From: Thermovirgaceae bacterium
GTDB lineage: Bacteria; Synergistota; Synergistia; Synergistales; Thermovirgaceae
Direction of reading: 5' to 3'
DNA: 36,654 bases
Assembly: GCA_046542505.1 (NCBI GenBank)
Contig: JBKHBH010000011.1
Location: 1-36,654 of the forward strand
Made by a program: the position numbers and the translations under genes. Below the pieces are notes generated by a model that saw only the letters and a program-made list of their open reading frames with translations, was not told the DNA's origin and ran no database searches. The first letter of the stretch is position 1; each line of letters opens with the position of its first letter. Shown one piece after another: positions 8,447 through 16,257 of this stretch.

Positions 8447-10279
8447 ATGTGCGGAATCGTCGGATATATAGGCATGAAGAACGCCTCGGACGTCATTCTC
8501 GACAGCTTGAGGCGACTGGAGTATCGCGGTTATGACTCGGCCGGAATGGCCCTCGGCATCGCAGGGGAGATCGAGATCTACAAGGAAGTCGGGAAAGTGG
8601 CCGACCTTAGCGCCATTCTCGAGAAGAGAAAGCCCCGGGCAACCCGTGGTATCGGTCATACCCGGTGGGCAACTCACGGAGGGGTTACCGTTGCAAACGC
8701 CCACCCGCACAGCGACGGCAACAAGCGCTTTGCGCTGGTGCACAACGGGATCATCGAAAACTACCTCGACATCAAGGAAAAACTGGAACTGGAAGGCAAG
8801 GAGTTCCTCTCCGAAACGGATACCGAAGTAATAGTCCACCTTCTTGCGAAGTATTTCGAGCAGACACAGGATATGGTTCAGACCGTCGCCGCCCTGCAGG
8901 AAAATTTGCGGGGGTCCTTCGCGATTGCCGTCATACAGCAGGATTGTGACGACCGGATATTTTGCTTCAGAAAAGGGTCACCCCTCGTGCTGGGCATCGG
9001 TGAGGGTGAAATGTTTTGCGCCTCTGACATTCCCGCTTTTTTGCCTTACACCCGCCATGCCGTCTACCTTGACGAGGGAGAGATTGCCGAACTTTCACCC
9101 GGAGGATTCCGGGTATGGGACGAAGAGGGAAGTCTTTTAACAAAACAGGTCAACCTCGTCGAATGGGATGTGGATATGGCTGAAAAAGGTGGGTTTTCCC
9201 ACTACATGCACAAGGAAATACATGAACAGGGGATGGTTCTGAGATCAACGCTGAAAGGGCGGGTTTCGGAGGGTCGGATTGACCTTTCCGACGAGCTGGA
9301 CTGGACCCCTGGGGATGTGGCACGATGGAGCCGGATCCACATTATTGCCTGCGGGACATCCTATTACGCGGCCCTCGTGGCCGAGAGAGCTTTCGAGAAG
9401 TGGACAGACCTCGATGTGAAGGTGGATATTGCATCGGAATACCGATACCGGCGCGTCAGATGCGACCAGGACACGCTGGCGGTGTTCGTGTCCCAATCGG
9501 GAGAGACGGCGGACACCCTTGCCGCCCAGAGAAAGGCCAGGGCTGACGGGGCCCACTGTCTCGCCATTACCAACGTTCGTGGATCGACCCTTGCCAGGGA
9601 AGTGCACAGTGTCCTCCTCCTTAAGGCCGGACCTGAAATCGGTGTTGCTGCGACGAAAACCTTTACGGGCCAGATGGCCACTCTCTTTCTGGCGGCGTTG
9701 TATCTTGCCCGTCTCAGGGGGACCATCGCAGCGGACGAAGAAGAACGCCTTTCCACGGAATTCCTCCAGATCCCTTACAAGGTCGAAAAAGTTCTGGAGA
9801 ACGAGAAAGATATTCTCCCCGTCGCGAAGGCATATGCCGACAGATCGGATTTCCTGTTTATAGGAAGGGGCATTTCTTTCCCCGTCGCGCTTGAAGGAGC
9901 ACTGAAGCTCAAGGAAATTTCCTATATCCATGCTGAGGCCTACGCAGCGGGCGAAATGAAACACGGTCCGATCGCCCTGCTGGAACCAAGGGTGCCGGTT
10001 GTGGTGGTAAATCCGAAAGACAGCATGTATGAGAAGACCCTGTCAAACATCCAGGAGGCAAGGGCACGATGTGCACCGATTATCGGAATTTGTACCGAAG
10101 GGGATACGCTCGTAAAACAACAGGCAGAGGCCCTTGTGGAAGTGCCCTGGACCGACGAGGAGTTCAGCCCCTTTTTGACCGTCGTTCCACTCCAGCTCCT
10201 CGCATATCACATCGCGAAATTGCTCGAAAGGGAAATTGACCAACCGAGAAACCTCGCAAAGAGCGTGACCGTGGAATAG
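8447..10279 (+). CDS. glmS: Glutamine--fructose-6-phosphate aminotransferase
   Basis: Starts MCGIVG (catalytic Cys1, so the true start is 8447); LEYRGYDSAG, GHTRWATHG, SQSGETADT, C-terminal DQPRNLAKSVTVE. Confidence 0.98.
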   Translation: MCGIVGYIGMKNASDVILDSLRRLEYRGYDSAGMALGIAGEIEIYKEVGKVADLSAILEKRKPRATRGIGHTRWATHGGVTVANAHPHSDGNKRFALVHNGIIENYLDIKEKLELEGKEFLSETDTEVIVHLLAKYFEQTQDMVQTVAALQENLRGSFAIAVIQQDCDDRIFCFRKGSPLVLGIGEGEMFCASDIPAFLPYTRHAVYLDEGEIAELSPGGFRVWDEEGSLLTKQVNLVEWDVDMAEKGGFSHYMHKEIHEQGMVLRSTLKGRVSEGRIDLSDELDWTPGDVARWSRIHIIACGTSYYAALVAERAFEKWTDLDVKVDIASEYRYRRVRCDQDTLAVFVSQSGETADTLAAQRKARADGAHCLAITNVRGSTLAREVHSVLLLKAGPEIGVAATKTFTGQMATLFLAALYLARLRGTIAADEEERLSTEFLQIPYKVEKVLENEKDILPVAKAYADRSDFLFIGRGISFPVALEGALKLKEISYIHAEAYAAGEMKHGPIALLEPRVPVVVVNPKDSMYEKTLSNIQEARARCAPIIGICTEGDTLVKQQAEALVEVPWTDEEFSPFLTVVPLQLLAYHIAKLLEREIDQPRNLAKSVTVE

Positions 10280-10306
10280 GCAAGCAAAAAGATGAAATGG
10301 TTTTAC

Positions 10307-10341
10307 GAAAGCGGCCGGGCTAAGGTGCATCGGCCGCTTTC
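10307..10341 (+). terminator. Inverted repeat between convergent genes, probable terminator
   Basis: GAAAGCGGCCG-N13-CGGCCGCTTTC. The U-tract is short and the 3' arm lies in the last codons of the convergent gene. Confidence 0.5.
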
Positions 10342-11399
10342 TGCGGTTCACGGGTGGAAGGAAAATACAGCCGTAGGTGGGTTACTCGTTCCAAAGCGGT
10401 GTCGTTTCTTGCGGTGGCCTGCAGCATCTGTTTCCAGTGGCCTCCGTTTTCCCGGACGAGAACGAGGGATCTTCGTCCGTAGGTGGACCAGAGGTCCCAA
10501 AGTTTTTCTCCGGCGGCAGGACCTGTAACGAATCCTCCGGAAAAGAGGGGCTCCCTTCCGGTGAAAGTCCCTTTTTCCGGGGCTACGATGAGCCATTGGG
10601 ACAGCTTCCATGCATTTCCCATCTCGGATGACGACGCATGCTCCAAAGGCAGGATCTGGAAACCTCCGACGACCCCTTCGGGAGATGTGCTCACGTCGAT
10701 TACTCCGGGATGGTTTGCCCTGATCCTGCCGATGCGCTGGAACTCTGTGCCCCCGAAACGCCCGCAACCCGCGAGGGGTCGGACAACCCGGCCCAGAAGC
10801 TGTGGCCCCGAGTTCGACCAGGCGACGATCCGGCCGCCCGGGCGGTTTTCGATCTCCACGAACCAGGGTGTTGCCTCCGGTGGGACGATAATTTCCACCA
10901 ATGGTTCGGCCGTCTTGGCGCCGGTCCCCTTCTTGTCGAAACATCCGTTCTTGAAGAGCACTTTGCTTCCGACAGTCGGCGCCCACGCCCCGAAAGGTCC
11001 TCGTCCCGGGGGGATATCCGTGAGGTAGTAGGCTTTTTCCCCGGCGGCAGGGGCGAAGGTGCCCTTGGGAAGGATACTGACCGTCCTGCCCTGCCCGTTT
11101 TCGATATCCAGAAGAATATGGATGGCGTTTACGGCCGTGGCGACGACAGTTCCGGGTTTCCCCCACCTCGATGCCGTGAACGCCGGCCATCTGGACGTCG
11201 AAGGAAGGGAAAGCACCGATCCGAGCTTCAGAACTTCCCCCTGGTCCCTCACGGCGGATATGGTTCCGCCGGGGACGGCTTCTATAAGAATGCGGTAGCC
11301 TTCCGTGCGGGTGACGGTACCTTCGCAGCCGGTGCAGGCAGCGAGCGCAAGAACAATGAGTATTCCCGACATCGCCAGCTTGGCCAAAAAGACCTTCAT
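10320..11399 (-). CDS. Uncharacterised predicted lipoprotein with internal twofold repeat
   Basis: 359 aa with normal composition; signal peptide MKVFLAKLAMSGILIVLALAA-C with LAAC lipobox; GGTGA SD; 6 nt downstream of the upstream gene. Family not recognised. Confidence 0.8.
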   Translation of the reverse strand: MKVFLAKLAMSGILIVLALAACTGCEGTVTRTEGYRILIEAVPGGTISAVRDQGEVLKLGSVLSLPSTSRWPAFTASRWGKPGTVVATAVNAIHILLDIENGQGRTVSILPKGTFAPAAGEKAYYLTDIPPGRGPFGAWAPTVGSKVLFKNGCFDKKGTGAKTAEPLVEIIVPPEATPWFVEIENRPGGRIVAWSNSGPQLLGRVVRPLAGCGRFGGTEFQRIGRIRANHPGVIDVSTSPEGVVGGFQILPLEHASSSEMGNAWKLSQWLIVAPEKGTFTGREPLFSGGFVTGPAAGEKLWDLWSTYGRRSLVLVRENGGHWKQMLQATARNDTALERVTHLRLYFPSTREPQKAADAP

Positions 11400-11405
11400 C
11401 GCTTT

Positions 11406-11702
11406 TCACCGGCTTTCATCAGTTTTTTCAGTCTTATGTTCCCGAAGGGTGCTCCCATGACGGTCCGGATCCTGAAAGCTTCTGCCCTTGATCAGGATGA
11501 AAGCGACAAGCAAGGAGGGCAAAAGCGCAACGAAAGCCGAGAGGGGGAAAATCCGGAAAAGAGTGAAGGCTGCAAGGGCGAAAAACAAAAACAGGAGAAC
11601 GTAGAAAACGGACCGGCTGAAAGAAGCCCCCTTCGCAGACAAGATTCCGGCAACACTGGTGATGACCACAAGCAAGGCAAGGACCACCCAGAGGAGTTCC
11701 AT
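11406..11702 (-). CDS. Small hypothetical membrane protein (about 3 TM helices, charged tail)
   Basis: 98 aa with three hydrophobic stretches and a GAGG SD; fills the gap between the regulator and the lipoprotein (7 nt and 6 nt spacers). Confidence 0.75.
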   Translation of the reverse strand: MELLWVVLALLVVITSVAGILSAKGASFSRSVFYVLLFLFFALAAFTLFRIFPLSAFVALLPSLLVAFILIKGRSFQDPDRHGSTLREHKTEKTDESR

Positions 11703-11709
11703 GAAAACC

Positions 11710-12150
11710 TCAGACCTGTTGTGTCTTTTGTTTTTCCTTGCGGGCGCACTCCGTACACAAACCGTAGAGATACAGCTGGATTCCTGAAACGTTGTGGGGC
11801 GTGCCCGCCTTTAGGTTCTCCACTATGTCCCTGCCGACGGGAAAGTCAAAAAGCCGGCCACACTGGTTGCACCGGAAATGCCCGTGAATTTCGGGATTCG
11901 GGTCAAAGAACACACGCTTGTCGTCTATGGTGATGATCTGGATGAGCCCTGCTTTCTCCAGAAGCTGAGCCGTGCTATAGATAGTGGCAAAGGAAATAGT
12001 GGGAAAAATTTTTTGCATCTCGCGATAGATCTTTTCGGCTGAAGGATGGTCCTTGCGGTTTTCCAGAGCCTTCAGTATCCCCACCCGTTGCGCCGTGATC
12101 TTGGCTCCAGACTTCTTCAGCTGCCCGATCGCTTCATCGACAGTCCACAT
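11710..12150 (-). CDS. perR: Fur-family transcriptional regulator, PerR-like
   Basis: KITAQR, HPSAEKIY, SFATIY, FFD..HGHFRCNQCGRLFDF, YGLCTEC: two CxxC Zn motifs and an H/D/H/H/D metal site ending in Asp as in PerR (Fur typically has Glu). Subfamily call is inference. Confidence 0.8.
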   Translation of the reverse strand: MWTVDEAIGQLKKSGAKITAQRVGILKALENRKDHPSAEKIYREMQKIFPTISFATIYSTAQLLEKAGLIQIITIDDKRVFFDPNPEIHGHFRCNQCGRLFDFPVGRDIVENLKAGTPHNVSGIQLYLYGLCTECARKEKQKTQQV

Positions 12151-12194
12151 TGCCTGTCCCCCAATGGGAAATCATTTGCTCGTTCCTGAGAAGT

Positions 12195-12209
12195 ATATAA
12201 TAATTTCAA
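12195..12209. promoter_or_regulatory. Per-box-like operator overlapping the regulator's putative promoter
   Basis: ATATAATAATTTCAA matches 11 of 14 defined positions of TTATAATnATTATAA; it overlaps -10-like TATTAT/TATACT on the minus strand in a locally AT-rich patch. Confidence 0.5.
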
Positions 12210-12258
12210 TGAGTTTGCGAACAAAAGAAACCAGGTGCTCCCGCGAAGTTTTCCCGCC

Positions 12259-12289
12259 TTGACAGGGTCCGGGCAAAAAGGGCTATAAT
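12259..12289 (+). promoter_or_regulatory. Sigma70 promoter of tRNA-Gln
   Basis: TTGACA (12259-12264), 19-nt spacer, TATAAT (12284-12289), followed by a GC-rich discriminator. Confidence 0.75.
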
Positions 12290-12303
12290 TGCTGCGCCTG
12301 CGA

Positions 12304-12378
12304 TGGGGTGTAGCCAAGCTGGCAAGGCAGCGGACTTTGGATCCGCGATCGCTGGTTCGAATCCAGCCACCCCAGCCA
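12304..12378 (+). tRNA. tRNA-Gln (anticodon UUG), CCA encoded
   Basis: Acceptor stem TGGGGTG/CACCCCA, discriminator G then CCA; anticodon arm GCGGA-CTTTGGA-TCCGC; T-arm GCTGG-TTCGAAT-CCAGC. Confidence 0.97.
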
Positions 12379-12389
12379 TTTGTTCGTGT

Positions 12390-12427
12390 CCGGGGGAAGC
12401 CGAGGCTTCCCCCGGTTTGCGTGTTTT
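12390..12427 (+). terminator. Intrinsic terminator after tRNA-Gln
   Basis: CCGGGGGAAGC-CGAG-GCTTCCCCCGG followed by TTTGCGTGTTTT. Confidence 0.75.
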
Positions 12428-12502
12428 GCAGAAAACGCATTCCTTGTAGTAGAGTGTATTGGCCTGCTGCCTGAAGGAAATGTAAAAAAGGGGGCTTCCA
12501 GG

Positions 12503-13894
12503 ATGCGGGGGAAGGGTACTGGCGCACTGGTTCTTGCCGCGGGGAAGGGAACACGGATGAAAAGCGAGACGCCGAAGGTTTTGCTTCCGATTCTCGAAGA
12601 ACCCCTTTTGTGGTATGTTCTCGCAAACCTGTCCGCGGCACCCGTAGACTGCAAAGCCGTGGTGGTCGGTCATGGCCGCGACATTGTCGGGGAGTACCTG
12701 CAAGAAACCTGGCCGGAAGCGGCTGTATGCGTTCAGGAAAACCAGAATGGTACCGGCCACGCCGTGATGTGTTCACGGGAGTGGCTTAGCGGTCTGGAGC
12801 ACGTTCTCGTGGTTCCCGGCGATGTTCCGCAACTATCTGGCGAGTCCACCCGCCGGCTTTTGGAAGAACACAGTGCCGGCGGTTTTGCGTGCACCTTTTT
12901 CGGCTTCCGGCCGGAGGACCCTGCCGGTTATGGAAGAGTCATCGAAAAAAACGGCGTGGTGAGAATCGTAGAGGACCGGGACGCAACGGAGGAGGAGAAA
13001 AAAACCCCTGTCGCGAACAGCGGTATCTATGTTTTCCGGGTTCGGGAGCTGCTCGAGTGTCTTGAGGGGCTTGGAAAGGACAATGCCCAGGGGGAATATT
13101 ACCTCACAGACGTCGTGGAGTTCCTGTCACGGGAAGGTGAAGCGGTGAAGATGATCCTCCTTGACGATGCAAACGAGGTTTCCGGGGTCAACGATCCGCT
13201 TCAGCTGGCGGAAGCAACCAGGAGGATACGGGACAGTATCCTGGAAAAACACATGAAGGCCGGCGTGCGCTGTGTCGATCCGCAAACGGTATATTTCGGG
13301 CCGAGGGTCCGGATTGATGAGGATGTTCTTATCGACCCCTTTGTCCAGATATACGGTGGAAGCGTTATCGGTCGCGGGTGCCGGATAGGAAGCCATTCCA
13401 CGCTCCATGACGTCCAGTGCGCGGCCGGCGTGGATATCCGGGGTCACGTGGATGTGAGAGAAAGTTCGCTGGCGACCGGGTCCGTCGTTGGGCCTTTCGC
13501 CCATATCCGCAACGGCAGCGAAATAGGCGAGAATGCCTATATCGGAAAGTTCGTCGAAATCAAAAACAGCAGGATCGGTTCCTGCGCCAAGGTTCCGCAC
13601 CTTTCTTACATGGGAGACGCTGAGATCGGCGAAAGGTCGAATGTCGGAGCGGGGACGATCACCTGCAATTATGATGGGGAAAAAAAGCACAGGACACGTG
13701 TCGGTAGCGACTGCTTCATAGGAAGCGACACGATGCTCGTGGCTCCGGTTGAGATGGGAAATCATTCATATACCGGTGCCGGGTCGGTCATAACGAAAAA
13801 CGTTCCGGAAGGGAGCCTGGCCGTGGCAAGGTCCAGGCAGACGAATATAGAGGGATGGGCGCAACGGAAAAAGAAGCAGGGGGGGCAGTCGTAA
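12503..13894 (+). CDS. glmU: Bifunctional UDP-GlcNAc pyrophosphorylase / glucosamine-1-phosphate acetyltransferase
   Basis: LAAGKGTRMKS..PKVL, GTGHAV, GYGRV, EYYLTD, hexapeptide repeats, HLSYMGD, TCNYDG. ATG 12503 after AAGGGGG. Confidence 0.97.
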   Translation: MRGKGTGALVLAAGKGTRMKSETPKVLLPILEEPLLWYVLANLSAAPVDCKAVVVGHGRDIVGEYLQETWPEAAVCVQENQNGTGHAVMCSREWLSGLEHVLVVPGDVPQLSGESTRRLLEEHSAGGFACTFFGFRPEDPAGYGRVIEKNGVVRIVEDRDATEEEKKTPVANSGIYVFRVRELLECLEGLGKDNAQGEYYLTDVVEFLSREGEAVKMILLDDANEVSGVNDPLQLAEATRRIRDSILEKHMKAGVRCVDPQTVYFGPRVRIDEDVLIDPFVQIYGGSVIGRGCRIGSHSTLHDVQCAAGVDIRGHVDVRESSLATGSVVGPFAHIRNGSEIGENAYIGKFVEIKNSRIGSCAKVPHLSYMGDAEIGERSNVGAGTITCNYDGEKKHRTRVGSDCFIGSDTMLVAPVEMGNHSYTGAGSVITKNVPEGSLAVARSRQTNIEGWAQRKKKQGGQS

Positions 13895-14863
13895 ATGGTG
13901 TCAAAACTTCGTGAAATCAAGGTGTTTTCTGGAACGTCACACCCAGCCTTCACCGAAAAGATATGCGAAAGCCTCGGCATAAGCGTCGCTTCGGCCAGGT
14001 TGTTCAGATTTTCGGACGGAGAAACAGGCGTGTCGGTGGAAGAAAGTGTCCGTGGTGCAGACGTGTACGTTATCCAACCCACATGTCACCCCGTCAACGA
14101 AAATCTGGTCGAGCTTCTGATCATGCTTGACGTGCTCAGGCGTGCCTCGGCCTACAGGATAAACGTGGTGACGCCCTATTTTGGATATGCGCGGCAGGAC
14201 AGGAAGACCAAGGCCCGAGAGCCGATTACGGCAAAACTCGTAGCCAACCTGATCGAGGAGGCCGGCGCCGACCGGCTCATCGCCGCGGACCTCCATGCGG
14301 GCCAGATCCAGGGGTTTTTCGATGTGCCTGTGGATCACTTGACGGGAATCCCGCTTCTTGCCTCCCATTTTCGGGAGATCCTGAAAAAGGAGATCGACGA
14401 GGGACGGGTCGTGGTAGTCTCACCGGACATCGGCGGTGTCGTACGGGCGCGGCGCTTTGCAGTACACCTCAACGCCGACCTCGCCATTGTGGACAAGAGG
14501 AGATCCAATGAGGTTGCGAATCTGAGCAGGGTTATGGAGATTATCGGACACGTGGATGGGAAGGTCGCAGTCCTTGTGGATGACATCATCGATACGGCCG
14601 GGACGATGGTGCAGGCAGCGGAGGCCCTGCTCAACCGCGGTGCCGAGAAGGTCTACGCCTGTGCCACCCACGGCGTACTTTCCGGACCGGCTGTGGAAAG
14701 AATCGGTCCGTCTCCTATCGATCAACTGGTATTGACCGATACGATCCCGTTGCCGAAAGAGAAACAAATCGATAAAATCACAACATTGTCCATAGCCCCG
14801 CTTTTTGCGGAAGCCATCAGCAGGATACATTCTGACCACTCTGTCAGCATTCTTTTCCGCTAG
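13895..14863 (+). CDS. prs: Ribose-phosphate pyrophosphokinase
   Basis: FSDGE, PYFGYARQDRK, DLHAGQIQGFF, VSPDIGG, VDDIIDTAGT, ATHGVLSG. Confidence 0.98.
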   Translation: MVSKLREIKVFSGTSHPAFTEKICESLGISVASARLFRFSDGETGVSVEESVRGADVYVIQPTCHPVNENLVELLIMLDVLRRASAYRINVVTPYFGYARQDRKTKAREPITAKLVANLIEEAGADRLIAADLHAGQIQGFFDVPVDHLTGIPLLASHFREILKKEIDEGRVVVVSPDIGGVVRARRFAVHLNADLAIVDKRRSNEVANLSRVMEIIGHVDGKVAVLVDDIIDTAGTMVQAAEALLNRGAEKVYACATHGVLSGPAVERIGPSPIDQLVLTDTIPLPKEKQIDKITTLSIAPLFAEAISRIHSDHSVSILFR

Positions 14864-14911
14864 GCGACCAACGAAAACGGCAGGAAAGAGAATCTTTAAG
14901 GAGGAAGAATC

Positions 14912-15598
14912 ATGACATCGTCTTCTGTCAAACTGAAACTCAAGAAACGGGACAAGACCGGCAAGGAAGTAAGCAAGAAACTCCGCGCCGGAGGGGTGAT
15001 ACCGGCCATATTCTATGGGCCCGAGCTGGACGAGGCGGTTCCGGTGATCGTGGAGGCGAAAAATGTTCTCCCCTACGCCAATTCCGCACACTGGGAAACG
15101 GTCAGAATCGACGCCACATTGCCCGACGGGAGAGAGGAAATGTGTCTCATGCGCGACATCCAGCGGGACCCCCTCACGGGGGATGTGCTTCACATAGACT
15201 TCCTCCAGTTGTTGTCCGGTCACAAGGTTTATGTCAACGTACCTGTCGAAATTACCGGCAGAGACCGCTGCGTCGGCGTCAAGCAGGGTGGAGTGTTCGA
15301 GCAGATCATGCATGAGCTTGAGATGTATGTCCTTCCGAAAGAGATCCCCGATTCCATAATCGTGGATGTATCGGGGCTCGGGATTGAGGATGCCGTATAT
15401 GTCAAGGACCTCCCCATTCCGGAAAGTGCCGTTATCGAGCAGGATCCGGAATCGGCCGTCGTTATGGTAACCTATGCCACCATGCCTGAACTTCCCGAGG
15501 AAGAAGAGGAAGAAGCGGCCGAAGGGGAGGAAATGGAAGTGGAAGTTGTCGGCAAGGGCAAGGCAAAAGAGGAAGAGGACGAGGAAGAACGGGACTGA
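14912..15598 (+). CDS. rplY: 50S ribosomal protein L25, long Ctc/TL5 form
   Basis: RDKTGK..SKKLR..G.IPAIFYG, LHIDF, GVKQGG, acidic C-terminal tail; AAGGAGG SD; lies between prs and pth. Confidence 0.93.
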   Translation: MTSSSVKLKLKKRDKTGKEVSKKLRAGGVIPAIFYGPELDEAVPVIVEAKNVLPYANSAHWETVRIDATLPDGREEMCLMRDIQRDPLTGDVLHIDFLQLLSGHKVYVNVPVEITGRDRCVGVKQGGVFEQIMHELEMYVLPKEIPDSIIVDVSGLGIEDAVYVKDLPIPESAVIEQDPESAVVMVTYATMPELPEEEEEEAAEGEEMEVEVVGKGKAKEEEDEEERD

Positions 15599-15604
15599 CG
15601 CCGG

Positions 15605-16207
15605 GTGCAACTCATTCTGGGTCTGGGGAACCCGGGACCGCGATATGCCTGGACGAGGCACAACGTCGGATGGCTCGTTCTCGATGCCCTTCTGGATGAC
15701 ATCGGCGGGGCACCGGTTACGGAAACCAGATACGTTCAGCGGTGGGGTCCTGTTGAAATCGAAGGCAGAACAGTCCTTCTTGTCAAGCCTCTGACGTACA
15801 TGAACAGAAGCGGCCTGGTTTTTCACGAACTTCCGGCTGGACTGCTGCAGGATCCCGGGAAAGTGCTTGTCGTTTATGATGACATAGCGCTTCCCTTCGG
15901 GAGGATCCGCATGAGGAAAGGCGGCTCCGCCGGAGGACACAACGGGATGAAATCAGTTCTTTCAGTGCTCAAAACCCTGGATGTTCCGCGCCTTCGAATC
16001 GGCATAGCAGGCGCGGAGCATCCACAAGATGTGGCGGGGTATGTAACATCCCCTTTTCGGCGCAGTGAGACACAAAGACTGCCGGCAATTCTTGACAGGG
16101 CCGTCGAGACGGCTTACCTGTGGGTTGCAGGAAAGTGGGACAAGGCCATGCAGCGAGCCAATGCCCCGGACCTTTTGGAAGAAAAAGAAGGCCCGGACGA
16201 GGATTGA
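15605..16207 (+). CDS. pth: Peptidyl-tRNA hydrolase
   Basis: LILGLGNPG..Y..TRHNVG, KPLTYMNRSG, VVYDD, GGSAGGHNG, RLRIGI. Confidence 0.97.
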   Translation: MQLILGLGNPGPRYAWTRHNVGWLVLDALLDDIGGAPVTETRYVQRWGPVEIEGRTVLLVKPLTYMNRSGLVFHELPAGLLQDPGKVLVVYDDIALPFGRIRMRKGGSAGGHNGMKSVLSVLKTLDVPRLRIGIAGAEHPQDVAGYVTSPFRRSETQRLPAILDRAVETAYLWVAGKWDKAMQRANAPDLLEEKEGPDED

Positions 16208-16244
16208 GTGTGGCGAGGGCGGGCCCTCGCCATATTGTTTTTTT
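16208..16244 (+). terminator. Intrinsic terminator between pth and mfd
   Basis: GTGTGGCGAGGG-CGGG-CCCTCGCCATAT followed by TGTTTTTTT. Confidence 0.75.
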
Positions 16245-16257
16245 GAGGAGTGCTGAT

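Noticed and set aside
10638..11933. 431-aa + strand ORF across the PerR-like operon
   Set aside because: Antisense to three genes with coherent SDs and motifs; low-complexity composition and no family motifs.
10280..12420. Inverted block beside a tRNA as a possible genomic island
   Set aside because: The block is 5' of the tRNA; I see no integrase, duplicated tRNA 3' end or obvious compositional shift.
15495..15595. GAA/GAG-rich low-complexity tract
   Set aside because: Encodes the ordinary acidic tail of Ctc-type L25; not a DNA repeat element.
14420..15940. 506-aa antisense ORF over prs-rplY-pth
   Set aside because: Mirror of three well-supported genes (Phe/Leu runs mirror the acidic L25 tail); no independent coding signal.
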